Source: Eledone cirrhosa (lineage: Eukaryota). From it: a stretch of 64,000 nucleotides of DNA. Below, in pieces: positions 14,701 to 29,700 of this stretch; positions within the stretch are counted from its first letter, which is position 1; each line of letters opens with the position of its first letter. Under the pieces are notes generated by a model. The model was given only the letters and a program-made list of their open reading frames with translations. It searched no databases and was not told where the DNA came from. Both the position numbers and the translations under genes were made by a program. Location of the stretch: positions 45,756,001 to 45,820,000 of the forward strand of contig OZ024753.1 of assembly GCA_964016885.1 (NCBI GenBank), read 5' to 3'.

Positions 14701-17700
14701 AACGGCATCATAAATGACTGAATTGAGGTTCAAATAGCTAAAACGACATCAGAAATGACTAAAATGACTCGAATTGGCTAAAACAGCATCATAAATGACT
14801 AACTTTACTCTCAAATGTCTAAAACGGCATGAGAAATGACTGAAATGACTCTAAACTGCCTAAAACAGCATCATATATGATTAAAACAACACTGACATGT
14901 CTTTAAACGTCATTATAAATGACTAAATTGACGCACGAATGGCTAAAACGGCATCATAAATGACTAAAATTACTCAAATTGGCTAAAACAGCATCAGAAA
15001 TGACAAAAATGAGAGTAAAATGTCCGAAACGGCATCATAAATCATTAAAATGATACGAAAATGGCTAAAACGGCAGCATAAATGATTAAATTGACTCTCA
15101 AATGGCTAAAGCGGCATTATATATGGTTAATATGACTTAAATTGGCTAAAACAGCATCATAAATGACTAAGTTTACTCTAAAATGGCTAAAAGGGCATCA
15201 GAAATGACTAAAATGACTCTAAACTGCCTAAAACAGCATCATATATGATTAAAACAACACTGAATTGGCTAAAACGGCATCAGAAATGACTAAAATGACT
15301 CTAAATGGCTAAAACGCATCATAAATGACAGTAATGAAGGTAAAATTTGCGAAACGGCATCATAAATCATTAAAATGACACTAAAATGGCTAAAACGGCA
15401 CATAAATGATTAAATTGACTCTCAAATGTCTAAAACAGCATCATAAATGACTGAAATGATTCTCCAATGGCGAAAACGGCATCATAAATGACTAAATTGA
15501 CGCTCAAATGGCAAAAACGGCATCATAAATGACTAAATTGCCTCTCAAATGGATAAATCAGCATCATAAATGACTGAAATGATAATAAATGGCTAAAACG
15601 ACATCATAAATGACTAAATTGACGCTCAAATGGCTAAAACGGCATCATAAATGGCTAAAATGACTCAAATTGGCTAAGTCAGCATCATAAATGACTAAGT
15701 TTACTCTCAAAAGGCTAAAACGGCCCATAAATGACTAAATTGACTCTCAAATGTCTAAAACAACATCAGAAATGAGTGAAATGACTCTCAAATGGCTAAA
15801 ACGGCATCAGAAATGACTGAAATTACTCTAAACTGCCTAAAACAGCATCATATATGATTAAAACAACACTGAAATGGCTAAAACGGCATCATAAATGACT
15901 AAATTGACGCTCAAATGGCTGAATTGGCAACATAAATGACTAAATTGACTCTCAAGTGGATAAAACAGCATCATAAATGACTGTAATGACTCTCAAATGG
16001 CTAAAACGGCATCATAAATGACTAAATTGACGCTCGAATGGCTAAATTGGCATCATAAATGACTAAAATTACTCCAATTGGCTAAAACAGCATCAGAAAT
16101 GACTAAAATGATTCTAAATTTGCTAAAACGCATCATAAATGACAAAAATGAGAGTAAAAGGTCCGAAACGGCATCATAAATCATTAGAATGATACGAAAA
16201 TGGCTAAAACGGCATCATAAATGGTTAAAATGACTTAAATTGCTAAAACAGCATCATAAATTACTAAGTTTACTCTCAAATGGTTAAAACGGCATCAGAA
16301 ATGACTAAAATGACTCTAAAATTGCTAAAACGCATCATAAATGACAGAAAAAAAGGTAAAATTGGCGAAACGGCATCATAACTCATTAAAATGACACTAA
16401 AATTGCTAAAACCGCACATAAATGACTAAATTGACACTCAAATGTCTAAAACAGCATCATAAATGACTGAAATGACTCTCTAATGGCTAAAGCGGCATCA
16501 TAAATGACAAAATTAACGCTCAAATGGCAAAAACGGCATCAGAAATGACTAAATTGACTCTCAAATGTATAAAACAGCATCATAAATGACTGAAATGACA
16601 ATAAATGGCTAAAACGGCATCATAAATGACTAAATTGACGCTCAAATGGCTAAAACGGCATCAGAAATGGCTAAAATGACTCAAATTGGCTAAAACAGCA
16701 TCATAAATGAGTAAGTTTACTCTCAAATGGCTAAAACGGCATCATAAATGACTAAATTGAAGCTCAAATGGCTAAAAAGGCCAATAAATGACTAAATTGA
16801 CTCTCAAATGTCTAAAACAGCATCATAAATGACTGAAATGACTCTCAAATGGCAAAAACGGCATCATAAAAGACTAAATTTACGCTCAAATGGCCTAAAC
16901 GGCATCATAAATGACTAAATTGACTCTCAAATGGATAAAACAGTATCATAAATGACTGACATGACACTAAAATGGCTAAAACGGCATCATAAATGACTAA
17001 ATTGACGCTCAAATGGCTAAAACGGCATCAGAAATGGCTAAAATGACTCAAATTGGCTAAAACAGCATCATAAATGAGTAAGTTTACTCTCAAATGGCTA
17101 AAACGGCATCATAAATGACTAAATTGAAGCTCAAATGGCTAAAAAGGCCAATAAATGACTAAATTGACTCTCAAATGTCTAAAACAGCATCATAAATGAC
17201 TGAAATGACTCTCAAATGGCAAAAACGGCATCATAAAAGACTAAATTTACGCTCAAATGGCCTAAACGGCATCATAAATGACTAAATTGACTCTCAAATG
17301 GATAAAACAGTATCATAAATGACTGACATGACACTAAAATGGCTAAAACGGCATCATAAATGACTGAATTGAGGTTAAAATAGCTAAAACGACATCAGAA
17401 ATGACTAAAATGACTCGAATTGGCTAAAACAGCATCATAAATGACTAACTTTACTCTCAAATGGCTAAAACGGAATGAGAAATGACTGAAATGACTCTAA
17501 ACTGCCTAAAACAGCATCATATATGATTAAAACAACACTGAATTGTCTAAAACGGTATCAGAAATGACTAAAATGACTCTAAGATGGCTAAAACGCATCA
17601 TAAATGACAGAAATGAGAGTAAAATTGGCGAAACGGCATCATAAATCATTAAAATGACACTAAAATGGCTAAAACGGCACGTAAATGACTAAATTGACTC

Positions 17701-20700
17701 CCAAATGGATAATACAGCATCATAAATGACTGAAATGACTCTCAAATGGCTAAAACGGCATCAAAAATGACTAAATTGACGCTCAAATGTCTAAAACGGC
17801 ATCATAAACGGCTAAAATGACTCAAATTGGCTAAAACAGCCTTTATAAATGACTAAGTTTACTCTCAAATGGCTAAAACGGCATCATAAATGACTAAATT
17901 GACGCTCAAATGGCTAAAAAGGCCCATTAATGACTAAATTGACTCTCAAATGTCTAAAACAGCATCATAAATGACTGAAATGACTCTCAAATGGCTAAAA
18001 CGGCATCATAAATGAATAAATTTACGCTCAAATGGCCTAAACGGCATCATAAATGACTGAAATGACTCTCAAATGTCTAAAACGGCATCATAAATGACTA
18101 AATTTACGCTCAAATGGCCTAAACGGCATCATAAATGACTAAATTGACTCTCAAATGGATAAAACAGTATCATAAATGACTGAAATGACACTAAAATGGC
18201 TAAAACGGCATCATAAATGACTGAATTGAGGTTCAAATAGCTAAAACGACATCAGAAATGACTAAAATGACTCGAATTGGCTAAAACAGCATCATAAATG
18301 ACTAACTTTACTCTCAAATGTCTAAAACGGCATGAGAAATGACTGAAATGACTCTAAACTGCCTAAAACAGCATCATATATGATTAAAACAACACTGACA
18401 TGTCTTTAAACGTCATTATAAATGACTAAATTGACGCACGAATGGCTAAAACGGCATCATAAATGACTAAAATTACTCAAATTGGCTAAAACAGCATCAG
18501 AAATGACAAAAATGAGAGTAAAATGTCCGAAACGGCATCATAAATCATTAAAATGATACGAAAATGGCTAAAACGGCAGCATAAATGATTAAATTGACTC
18601 TCAAATGGCTAAAGCGGCATTATATATGGTTAATATGACTTAAATTGGCTAAAACAGCATCATAAATGACTAAGTTTACTCTCAAATGGCTAAAAGGGCA
18701 TCAGAAATGACTAAAATGACTCTAAACTGCCTAAAACAGCATCATATATGATTAAAACAACACTGAATTGGCTAAAACGGCATCAGAAATGACTAAAATG
18801 ACTCTAAAATGGCTAAAACGCATCATAAATGACAGTAATGAAGGTAAAATTTGCGAAACGGCATCATAAATCATTAAAATGACACTAAAATGGCTAAAAC
18901 GGCACATAAATGATTAAATTGACTCTCAAATGTCTAAAACAGCATCATAAATGACTGAAATGATTCTCCAATGGCGAAAACGGCATCATAAATGACTAAA
19001 TTGACGCTCAAATGGCAAAAACGGCATCATAAATGACTAAATTGCCTCTCAAATGGATAAATCAGCATCATAAATGACTGAAATGATAATAAATGGCTAA
19101 AACGACATCATAAATGACTAAATTGACGCTCAAATGGCTAAAACGGCATCATAAATGGCTAAAATGACTCAAATTGGCTAAGTCAGCATCATAAATGACT
19201 AAGTTTACTCTCAAAAGGCTAAAACGGCCCATAAATGACTAAATTGACTCTCAAATGTCTAAAACAACATCATAAATGAGTGAAATGACTCTCAAATGGC
19301 TAAAACGGCATCAGAAATGACTGAAATTACTCTAAACTGCCTAAAACAGCATCATATATGATTAAAACAACACTGAAATGGCTAAAACGGCATCATAAAT
19401 GACTAAATTGACTCTCAAATGGATAAAACAGCATCATAAATGACTGAAATGACTCTCAAATGGTAAAACGGCATCATAATTGACTAAATTGACGCTCGAA
19501 TGGTTAAAACGGCATCATATATGACTAAAATTACTCAAATTGGCTAAAACAGCATCAGAAATGACTAAAATGATTCTAAATTGGCTAAAACGCATCATAA
19601 ATGACAAAAATGAGAGTAAAATGTCCGAAACGGCATCATAAATCATTAAAATGATACGAAAATGGCTAAAACGGCATCATAAATGGTTAAAATGACTTAA
19701 ATTGGCTAAAACAGCATCATAAATGATTAAGTTTACGCTCAAATGGCTAAAACGGCATCAGAAATGACTAAAATGACTCTAAACTGCCTAAAACAGCATC
19801 ATATATGATTAAAACAACACTGAAATGGCTAAACGGCATCAGAAATGACAGAAATGAAGGGTAAAATTGGCCAAACGGCATCATAAATCATTAAAATGAC
19901 ACTACAATGGCTAAAACGGCACATAAATGACTAAATTGACTCTCAAATGTCTACAACAGCATCATAAACGACTGAGATGACAATAAATGGCTAAAACGGC
20001 ATCATAAATGACTAAATTGACGCTCAAATGGCTAAAACGGCATCATAAATCGCTAAAATGACTCAAATTGGCTAAAACAGCATCATAAATCACTAAGTTT
20101 ACTCTGAAATGTCTAAAACGACATCAGAAATGACTGAAATGTCTCTAACCTGCCTAAAACAGCATCATATATGATTAAAACAACACTGAAATGGCTAAAA
20201 CGGCATCATAAATGACTGAATTGAGGTTAAAATAGCTAAAACGACATCAGAAATGACTAAAATGACTCGAATTGGCTAAAACAGCATCATAAATGACTAA
20301 CTTTACACTCAAATGGCTAAAACGGAATGAGAAATGACTGAAATGACTCTAAACTGCCTAAAACAGCATCATATATGATTAAAACAACACTGAATTGTCT
20401 AAAACGGTATCAGAAATGACTAAAATGACTCTAAGATGGCTAAAACGCATCATAAATGACAGAAATGAGAGTAAAATTGGCGAAACGGCATCATAAATCA
20501 TTAAAATGACACTAAAATGGCTAAAACGGCACGTAAATGACTAAATTGACTCCCAAATGGATAATACAGCATCATAAATGACTGAAATGACTCTCAAATG
20601 GCTAAAACGGCATCAAAAATGACTAAATTGACGCTCAAATGTCTAAAACGGCATCATAAACGGCTAAAATGACTCAAATTGGCTAAAACAGCCTTTATAA

Positions 20701-23700
20701 ATGACTAAGTTTACTCTCAAATGGCTAAAACGGCATCATAAATGACTAAATTGACGCTCAAATGGCTAAAAAGGCCCATAAATGACTAAATTGACTCTCA
20801 AATGTCTAAAACAGCATCATAAATGACTGAAATGACTCTCAAATGGCTAAAACGGCATCATAAATGAATAAATTTACGCTCAAATGGCCTAAACGGCATC
20901 ATAAATGACTGAAATGACTCTCAAATGGCTAAAACGGCATCATAAATGACTAAATTTACGCTCAAATGGCCTAAACGGCATCATAAATGACTAAATTGAC
21001 TCTCAAATGGATAAAACAGTATCATAAATGACTGAAATGACACTAAAATGGCTAAAACGGCATCATAAATGACTGAATTGAGGTTCAAATAGCTAAAACG
21101 ACATCAGAAATGACTAAAATGACTCGAATTGGCTAAAACAGCATCATAAATGACTAACTTTACTCTCAAATGTCTAAAACGGCATGAGAAATGACTGAAA
21201 TGACTCTAAACTGCCTAAAACAGCATCATATATGATTAAAACAACACTGACATGTCTTTAAACGTCATTATAAATGACTAAATTGACGCACGAATGGCTA
21301 AAACGGCATCATAAATGACTAAAATTACTCAAATTGGCTAAAACAGCATCAGAAATGACAAAAATGAGAGTAAAATGTCCGAAACGGCATCATAAATCAT
21401 TAAAATGATACGAAAATGGCTAAAACGGCAGCATAAATGATTAAATTGACTCTCAAATGGCTAAAGCGGCATTATATATGGTTAATATGACTTAAATTGG
21501 CTAAAACAGCATCATAAATGACTAAGTTTACTCTCAAATGGCTAAAAGGGCATCAGAAATGACTAAAATGACTCTAAACTGCCTAAAACAGCATCATATA
21601 TGATTAAAACAACACTGAATTGGCTAAAACGGCATCAGAAATGACTAAAATGACTCTAAAATGGCTAAAACGCATCATAAATGACAGTAATGAAGGTAAA
21701 ATTTGCGAAACGGCATCATAAATCATTAAAATGACACTAAAATGGCTAAAACGGCACATAAATGATTAAATTGACTCTCAAATGTCTAAAACAGCATCAT
21801 AAATGACTGAAATGATTCTCCAATGGCGAAAACGGCATCATAAATGACTAAATTGACGCTCAAATGGCAAAAACGGCATCATAAATGACTAAATTGCCTC
21901 TCAAATGGATAAATCAGCATCATAAATGACTGAAATGATAATAAATGGCTAAAACGACATCATAAATGACTAAATTGACGCTCAAATGGCTAAAACGGCA
22001 TCATAAATGGCTAAAATGACTCAAATTGGCTAAGTCAGCATCATAAATGACTAAGTTTACTCTCAAAAGGCTAAAACGGCCCATAAATGACTAAATTGAC
22101 TCTCAAATGTCTAAAACAACATCAGAAATGAGTGAAATGACTCTCAAATGGCTAAAACGGCATCAGAAATGACTGAAATTACTCTAAACTGCCTAAAACA
22201 GCATCATATATGATTAAAACAACACTGAAATGGCTAAAACGGCATCATAAATGACTAAATTGACTCTCAAATGGATAAAACAGCATCATAAATGACTGAA
22301 ATGACTCTCAAATGGTAAAACGGCATCATAATTGACTAAATTGACGCTCGAATGGTTAAAACGGCATCATATATGACTAAAATTACTCAAATTGGCTAAA
22401 ACAGCATCAGAAATGACTAAAATGATTCTAAATTGGCTAAAACGCATCATAAATGACAAAAATGAGAGTAAAATGTCCGAAACGGCATCATAAATCATTA
22501 AAATGATACGAAAATGGCTAAAACGGCATCATAAATGGTTAAAATGACTTAAATTGGCTAAAACAGCATCATAAATGATTAAGTTTACGCTCAAATGGCT
22601 AAAACGGCATCAGAAATGACTAAAATGACTCTAAACTGCCTAAAACAGCATCATATATGATTAAAACAACACTGAAATGGCTAAAACGGCATCAGAAATG
22701 ACAGAAATGAAGGTAAAATTGGCCAAACGGCATCATAGATCATTAAAATGACACTACAATGGCTAAAAACGGCACATAAATGACTAAATTGACTCTCAAA
22801 TGTCTAAAGCAGCATCATAAACGACTGAGATGACAATAAATGGCTAAAACGGCATCATAAATGACTAAATTGACGCTCAAATGGCTAAAACGGCATCATA
22901 TATCGCTAAAATGACTCAAATTGGCTAAAACAGCATCATAAATCACTAAGTTTACTCTGAAATGTCTAAAACGACATCAGAAATGACTGAAATGTCTCTA
23001 ACCTGCCTAAAACAGCATCATATATGATTAAAACAACACTGAAATGGCTAAAACGGCATCAGAAATGACTAAATTGACGCTCAAATGGCAAAAATGGCAT
23101 CATAAATGACTCGAATGACTCACAAATGGTTAAAACGGCATCATAAATGACTAAATACACATTTAAATTGCTAAATGACTAAAATTACTCAAATTGGTTA
23201 AAACAGCATCATAAATGACAGAAATGAGAGTAAACTTGGCGAAACGGCATCATTAATCATTAAAATGACACTAAAATGGCTAAAACGGCACATAAATGAC
23301 TAAATTGACTCTCAAATGGCTAAAATAGCATCATAAATGACTAAATTGACTCCCAAATGGATAAAACAGCATCATAAAGGACTGAAATGACACTAAAATG
23401 GCTAAAACGGCATCATAAATGACTAAATTGACGCTCAAATGGCTAAAACGGCATAATAAATGGCTAAAATGACTCAAATTGGCTAAAACAGCATCATAAA
23501 TGACTAAGTTGACTCGCAAATGGCTAAGACGGCATCATAAATGACTAAATTGACCCTCAAATGGCTAAAACAGCATCATAAATGACTGAAATGACTCTCA
23601 AATGGATAAAACAGTATCATAAATGAATGAAATGACACTAAAATGGCTAAAACGGCATCATAAATGACTGAATTGAGGCTCAAATGGCTAAAACAGCATC

Positions 23701-26700
23701 ATAAATGACTAAGTTTACTTTCAAATGGCTAAAACGGCATCAGAAATGACTGTAATGACTCTAAACTGCTTAAAACAGCATCATATATGATTAAAACAAC
23801 ACTGAATTGGCTAAAACTGCATCACAAATGACTAAAATGACTCTAAGATGGCTAAAACGCATCATAAATGACAGAAATGAGAGTAAAATTGGCGAAACGG
23901 CATCATAAATCATTAAAATGACACTAAAATGGCTAAAACGGCACATAAATGACTAAATTGACTCCCTAATGGATAAAACAGCATCATAAATGACTGAAAT
24001 GACTCTCCAATGGCAAAAAAGGCATCATAAATGACTAAATTGACTCTCAAATTGACAAAACAGTATCATAAATGACTGAAATGACAATAAATGGCTAAAA
24101 CGGCATCATAAATGACTAAATTGATGCTCAAATGGCTAAAACGGCATCATAAATGGCTAAAATGACTCAAATTGGCTAAAACAGCATCATAAATGACTAA
24201 GTTTACTCTCAAATGGCTAAAGCGGCATCGTAAATGACAAAAATGACCCTAACTGCCTAAAACAGCATCATAAATGACTGAAATGACTCTCAAATGGATA
24301 GAACAGTATCATAAATGAATGAAATGACACTAAAATGGCTAAAACGGCATCACAAATGACTGAATTGAGGCTCAAATGGCTAAAACAGCATCATAAATGA
24401 CTAAGTTTACTCTCAAATGGCTAAAACGGCCCATAAATGACTAAATTGACTCTCAAATGTCTAAAACAACATCATAAATGAGTGAAATGACTCTCAAATG
24501 ACTAAAACGGCATCAGAAATGACTGAAATTACTCTAAATTGCCTAAAACAGCATCATATATGATTGAAACAACACTGAAATGGCTAAAACGGCATCATAA
24601 ATGACTAAATTGACTCTCAAATGGATAAAACAGCATCATAAATGACTGAAATGACTCTCAAATGGCTAAAACGGCATCATAATTGACTAAATTGACGCTC
24701 GAATGGTTAAAACGGCATCATAAATGACTACAATTACTCAAATTGGCTAAAACGCATCATAAATGACAAAAATGAGAGTAAAATGTCCGAAACGGCATCA
24801 TAAATCATTAAAATGATACGAAAATGGCTAAAACGGCATCATAAATGGTTAAAATGACTTAAATTGGCTAAAACAGCATCATAAATGACTAAGTTTACGC
24901 TTAAATGGCTAAAACGGCATCAGAAATGACTAAAATGACTCTAAACTGCCTAAAACAGCATCATATATCATTAAAACAACATTGAAATGGCTAAAACGGC
25001 ATCAGAAATGACAGAAATGAAGGTAAAATTGGCCAAACGGCATCATAAATTATTAAAATGACACTACAATGGCTAAAACGGCACATAAATGACTAAATTG
25101 ACTCTCAAATGTCTAAAACAGCATCATAAACGACTGAGATGACAATAAATGGCTAAAACGGCATCATAAATGACTAAATTGACGCTCAAATGGCTAAAAT
25201 GGCATCATAAATGACTCGAATGACTCACAAATGGTTAAAACGGCATCATAAATGACTAAATTCACATGCAAATTGCTAAATGACTAAAATTACTCAAATT
25301 GGTTAAAACAGCATCATAAATGACAGAAATGAGAGTAAACTTGGCGAAACGGCATCATAAATCATTAAAATGACACTAAAATGGCTAAAACGGCACATAA
25401 ATGACTAAATTGACTCTCAAATGGCTAAAATAGCATCATAAATGACTAAATTGACTCCCAAATGGATAAAACAGCATCATAAAGGACTGAAATGACACTA
25501 AAATGGCTAAAACGGCATCATAAATGACTATATTGACGCTCAAATGGCTAAAACGGCATCATAAATGGCTAAAACTACTCAAATTGGCTAAAATAGCATC
25601 ATAAATGACTAAGTTGACTCTCAAATGGATAAAACGGCATCATAAATGAATAAATTGACCCTCAAATGGCTAAAACAGCATCATAAATGACTTAAATGAC
25701 TCTCAAATGGATAAAACAGTATCATAAATGAATGAAATGACACTAAAATGGCTAAAACGGCATCATAAATGACTGAATTGAGGCTCAAATGGCTAAAACA
25801 GCATCATAAATGACTAAGTTTACTCTCAAATGGCTAAAACGGCATCAGAAATGACTGTAATGACTCTAAACTGCTTAAAACAGCATCATATATGATTAAA
25901 ACAACACTGAATTGGCTAAAACTGCATCACAAATGACAAAAATGACTCTTAGATGGCTAAAACGCATCATAAATGACAGAAATGAGAGTAAAATTGGCGA
26001 AACGGCATCATAAATCATTAAAATGACACTAAAATGGCTAAAACGGCACATAAATGACTAAATTGACTCTCAAATGGCTAAAACAGCATCATAAATGACT
26101 AAATTGACTCCCCAATGGATAAAACAGCATCATAAATGACTGAAATGACTCTCCAATGGCTAAAAAGGCATCATAAATGACTAAATTGACTCTCAAATTG
26201 ACAAAACAGTATCATAAATGACTGAAATGACAATAAATGGCTAAAACGGCATCATAAATGACTAAATTGATGCTCAAATGGCTAAAACGGCATCATAAAT
26301 GGCTAAAATGACTCAAATTGGCTAAAACAGCATCATAAATGACTAAGATTACTCTCAAATGGCTAAAGCGGCATCGTAAATGACTAAAATGACCCTAACT
26401 GCCTAAAACAGCATCATAAATGACTGAAATGACTCTCAAATGGATAAAACAGTATCATAAATGAATGAAATGACACTAAAATGGCTAAAAACGGCATCAT
26501 AAATGACTGAATTGAGGCTCAAATGGCTAAAACAGCATCATAAATGACTAAGTTTACTCTCAAATGGCTAAAACGGCATCAGAAATGACTGAAATGACTC
26601 TAACCTGCTTAAAACAGCATCATATATGATTAAAACAACACTGAATTGGCTAAAACTGCATCACAAATGACTAAAATGACTCTAAGATGGCTAAAACGCA

Positions 26701-29700
26701 TAATAAATGACAGAAATGAGAGTAAAATTGGCGAAACGGCATCATAAATCATTAAAATGACACTAAAATGGCTAAAACGGCACATAAATGACTAAATTGA
26801 CTCTCAAATGGATAAAACAGCATCATAAATGACTGAAATGACTCTCCGATGGCTAAAACGGCATCATAAATGACTAAATTGACTCTTAAATGGCTAAAAC
26901 GGCATCATAAATGACTAAATTTACGCTCAAATGGCTAAAACGGCATCATATATGACTAAATTGACTCTCAAATGGATAAAACAGTATCATAAATGACTGA
27001 AATGACACTAAAATGGCTAAAACGGCATCATGAATGACTGTATTGAGGTTCAAATAGCTAAAACGGCATGAGAAATGTCTAAAATGACTCGAATTGCCTA
27101 AAACGGCATCATAAATGACTAAATTGACGCTCAAATGGCTAAAACGACATCAGAAACGACTGAAATGACTCTAAACTGCCTAAAACAGCATCATATATGA
27201 TTAAAAAAACACTGAAATGGCTAAAACGGCATCAGAAATGACTAAATTGACGCTCAAATGGCTAAAACGGCATCATAAATGACTACAATTACTCAAATTG
27301 GTTAAAACAGCATCATAAATGACAGAAATGAGAGTAAACTTGGCGAAACGCCATCATAAATCATTAAAATGACACTAAAATGGCTAAAACGGCACATAAA
27401 TGACTACATTGACTCTCAAATGGCTAAAATAGCATCATAAATGACTAAATTGACTCCCAAATGGATAAAACAGCATCATAAATAACTGAAATGACGCTCA
27501 AATGGCTAAAACTTCATCATAAATGAGTAAATTGACTCTCAAATGGATAAAACAGCATCATAAATGAATAGATTGACCCTCAAATGGCTAAAACAGCATC
27601 ATAAATGACTGAAATGACTCTCAAATGGATAAAACAGTATCATAAATGAATGAAATGACACTAAAATGGCTAAAACGGCATCATAAATGACTGAATTGAG
27701 GCTCAAATGGCTAAAACAGCATCATAAATGACTAAGTTTACTCTCAAATGGCTAAAACGGCATGAGAAATGTCTGAAATGACTCTAAACTGCTTAAAACA
27801 GCATCATATATGATTAAAACAACACTGAATTGGCTAAAACTGCAACACAAATGACTAAAATGACTCTAAGATGGCTAAAACGCATCATATATGACAGAAA
27901 TGAGAGTAAAATTGGCGAAACGGCATCATAAATCATTAAAATGACACTAAAATGGCTAAAACGGCACATAAATGACTAAATTGACTCTCAAATGGCTAAA
28001 ACAGCATCATAAATGACTAAATTGACTCCGTAATGGATGAAACAGCATCATAAATGACTGAAATGACTCTCCAATGGCTAAAAAGGCATCATAAATGACT
28101 AAATTGACTCTCAAATTGACAAAACAGTATCATAAATGACTGAAATGACAATAAATGGCTAAAACGGCATCATGAATGACTGTATTGAGGTTCAAATAGC
28201 TAAAACGGTATCAGAAATGTCTAAAATGACTCGAATTGGCTAAAACAGCATCATAATTGACTAAGTTTACTCTCAAATGGCTAAAACGGCATTGTAAATA
28301 ACTAAAATGACCCTAACTGCCTAAAACAGCATCATAAATGACTGAAATGACTCTCAAATGGATAAAACAGTATCATAAATGAATGAAATGACACTAAAAT
28401 GGCTAAAACGGCATCATAAATGACTGAATTGAGGCTCAAATGGTTAAACAGCATCATCAATGACTAAGTTTACTCTCAAATGGCTAAAACGGCATCAGAA
28501 ATGACTGAAATGACTCTAAACTGCTTAAACAGCATCATATATGATTAAAATAACACTGAATTGGCTAAAACTGCATCACAAATGACTAAAATGACTCTTA
28601 GATGGCTAAAACGCATCATAAATGACAGAAATGAGAGTAAAATTGGCGAAACGGCATCATAAATCATTAAAATGACACTAAAATGGCTAAAACGGCACAT
28701 AAATGACTAAATTGACTCTCAAATGGCTAAAACAGCATCATAAATGACTAAATTGACTCCCCAATGGATAAAACAGCATCATAAATGACTGAAATGACTC
28801 TCCAATGGCTAAAAAGGCATCATAAATGACTAAATTGACTCTCAAATTGACAAAACAGTATCATAAATGACTGAAATGACAATAAATGGCTAAAACGGCA
28901 TCATAAATGACTAAATTGATGCTCAAATGGCTAAAACGGCATCATAAATGGCTAAAATGACTCAAATTGGCTAAAACAGCATCATAAATGACTAAGATTA
29001 CTCTCAAATGGCTAAAGCGGCATCGTAAATGACTAAAATGACCCTAACTGCCTAAAACAGCATCATAAATGACTGAAATGACTCTCAAATGGATAAAACA
29101 GTATCATAAATGAATGAAATGACACTAAAATGGCTAAAACGGCATCATAAATGACTGAATTGAGGCTCAAATGGCTAAAACAGCATCATAAATGACTAAG
29201 TTTACTCTCAAATGGCTAAAACGGCATCAGAAATGACTGAAATGACTCTAACCTGCTTAAAACAGCATCATATATGATTAAAACAACACTGAATTGGCTA
29301 AAACTGCATCACAAATGACTAAAATGACTCTAAGATGGCTAAAACGCATAATAAATGACAGAAATGAGAGTAAAATTGGCGAAACGGCATCATAAATCAT
29401 TAAAATGACACTAAAATGGCTAAAACGCACATAAATGACTAAATTGACTCTCAAATGGATAAAACAGCATCATAAATGACTGAAATGACTCTCCGATGGC
29501 TAAAACGGCATCATAATTGACTAAATTGACTCTCAAATGGATAAAACAGCATCATAAATGACTGAAATGACAATAAATGGCTAAAACGGCATCATAAATG
29601 ACTAAATTGACTCTTAAATGGCTAAAACGGCATCATAAATGACTAAATTTACGCTCAAATGGCTAAAACGGCATCATAAATGACTAAATTGACTCTCAAA

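Noticed and set aside
23331-27134. 62-aa ORFs within the satellite
   Set aside because: Chance stop-free runs of a 41-bp (non-triplet) repeat.
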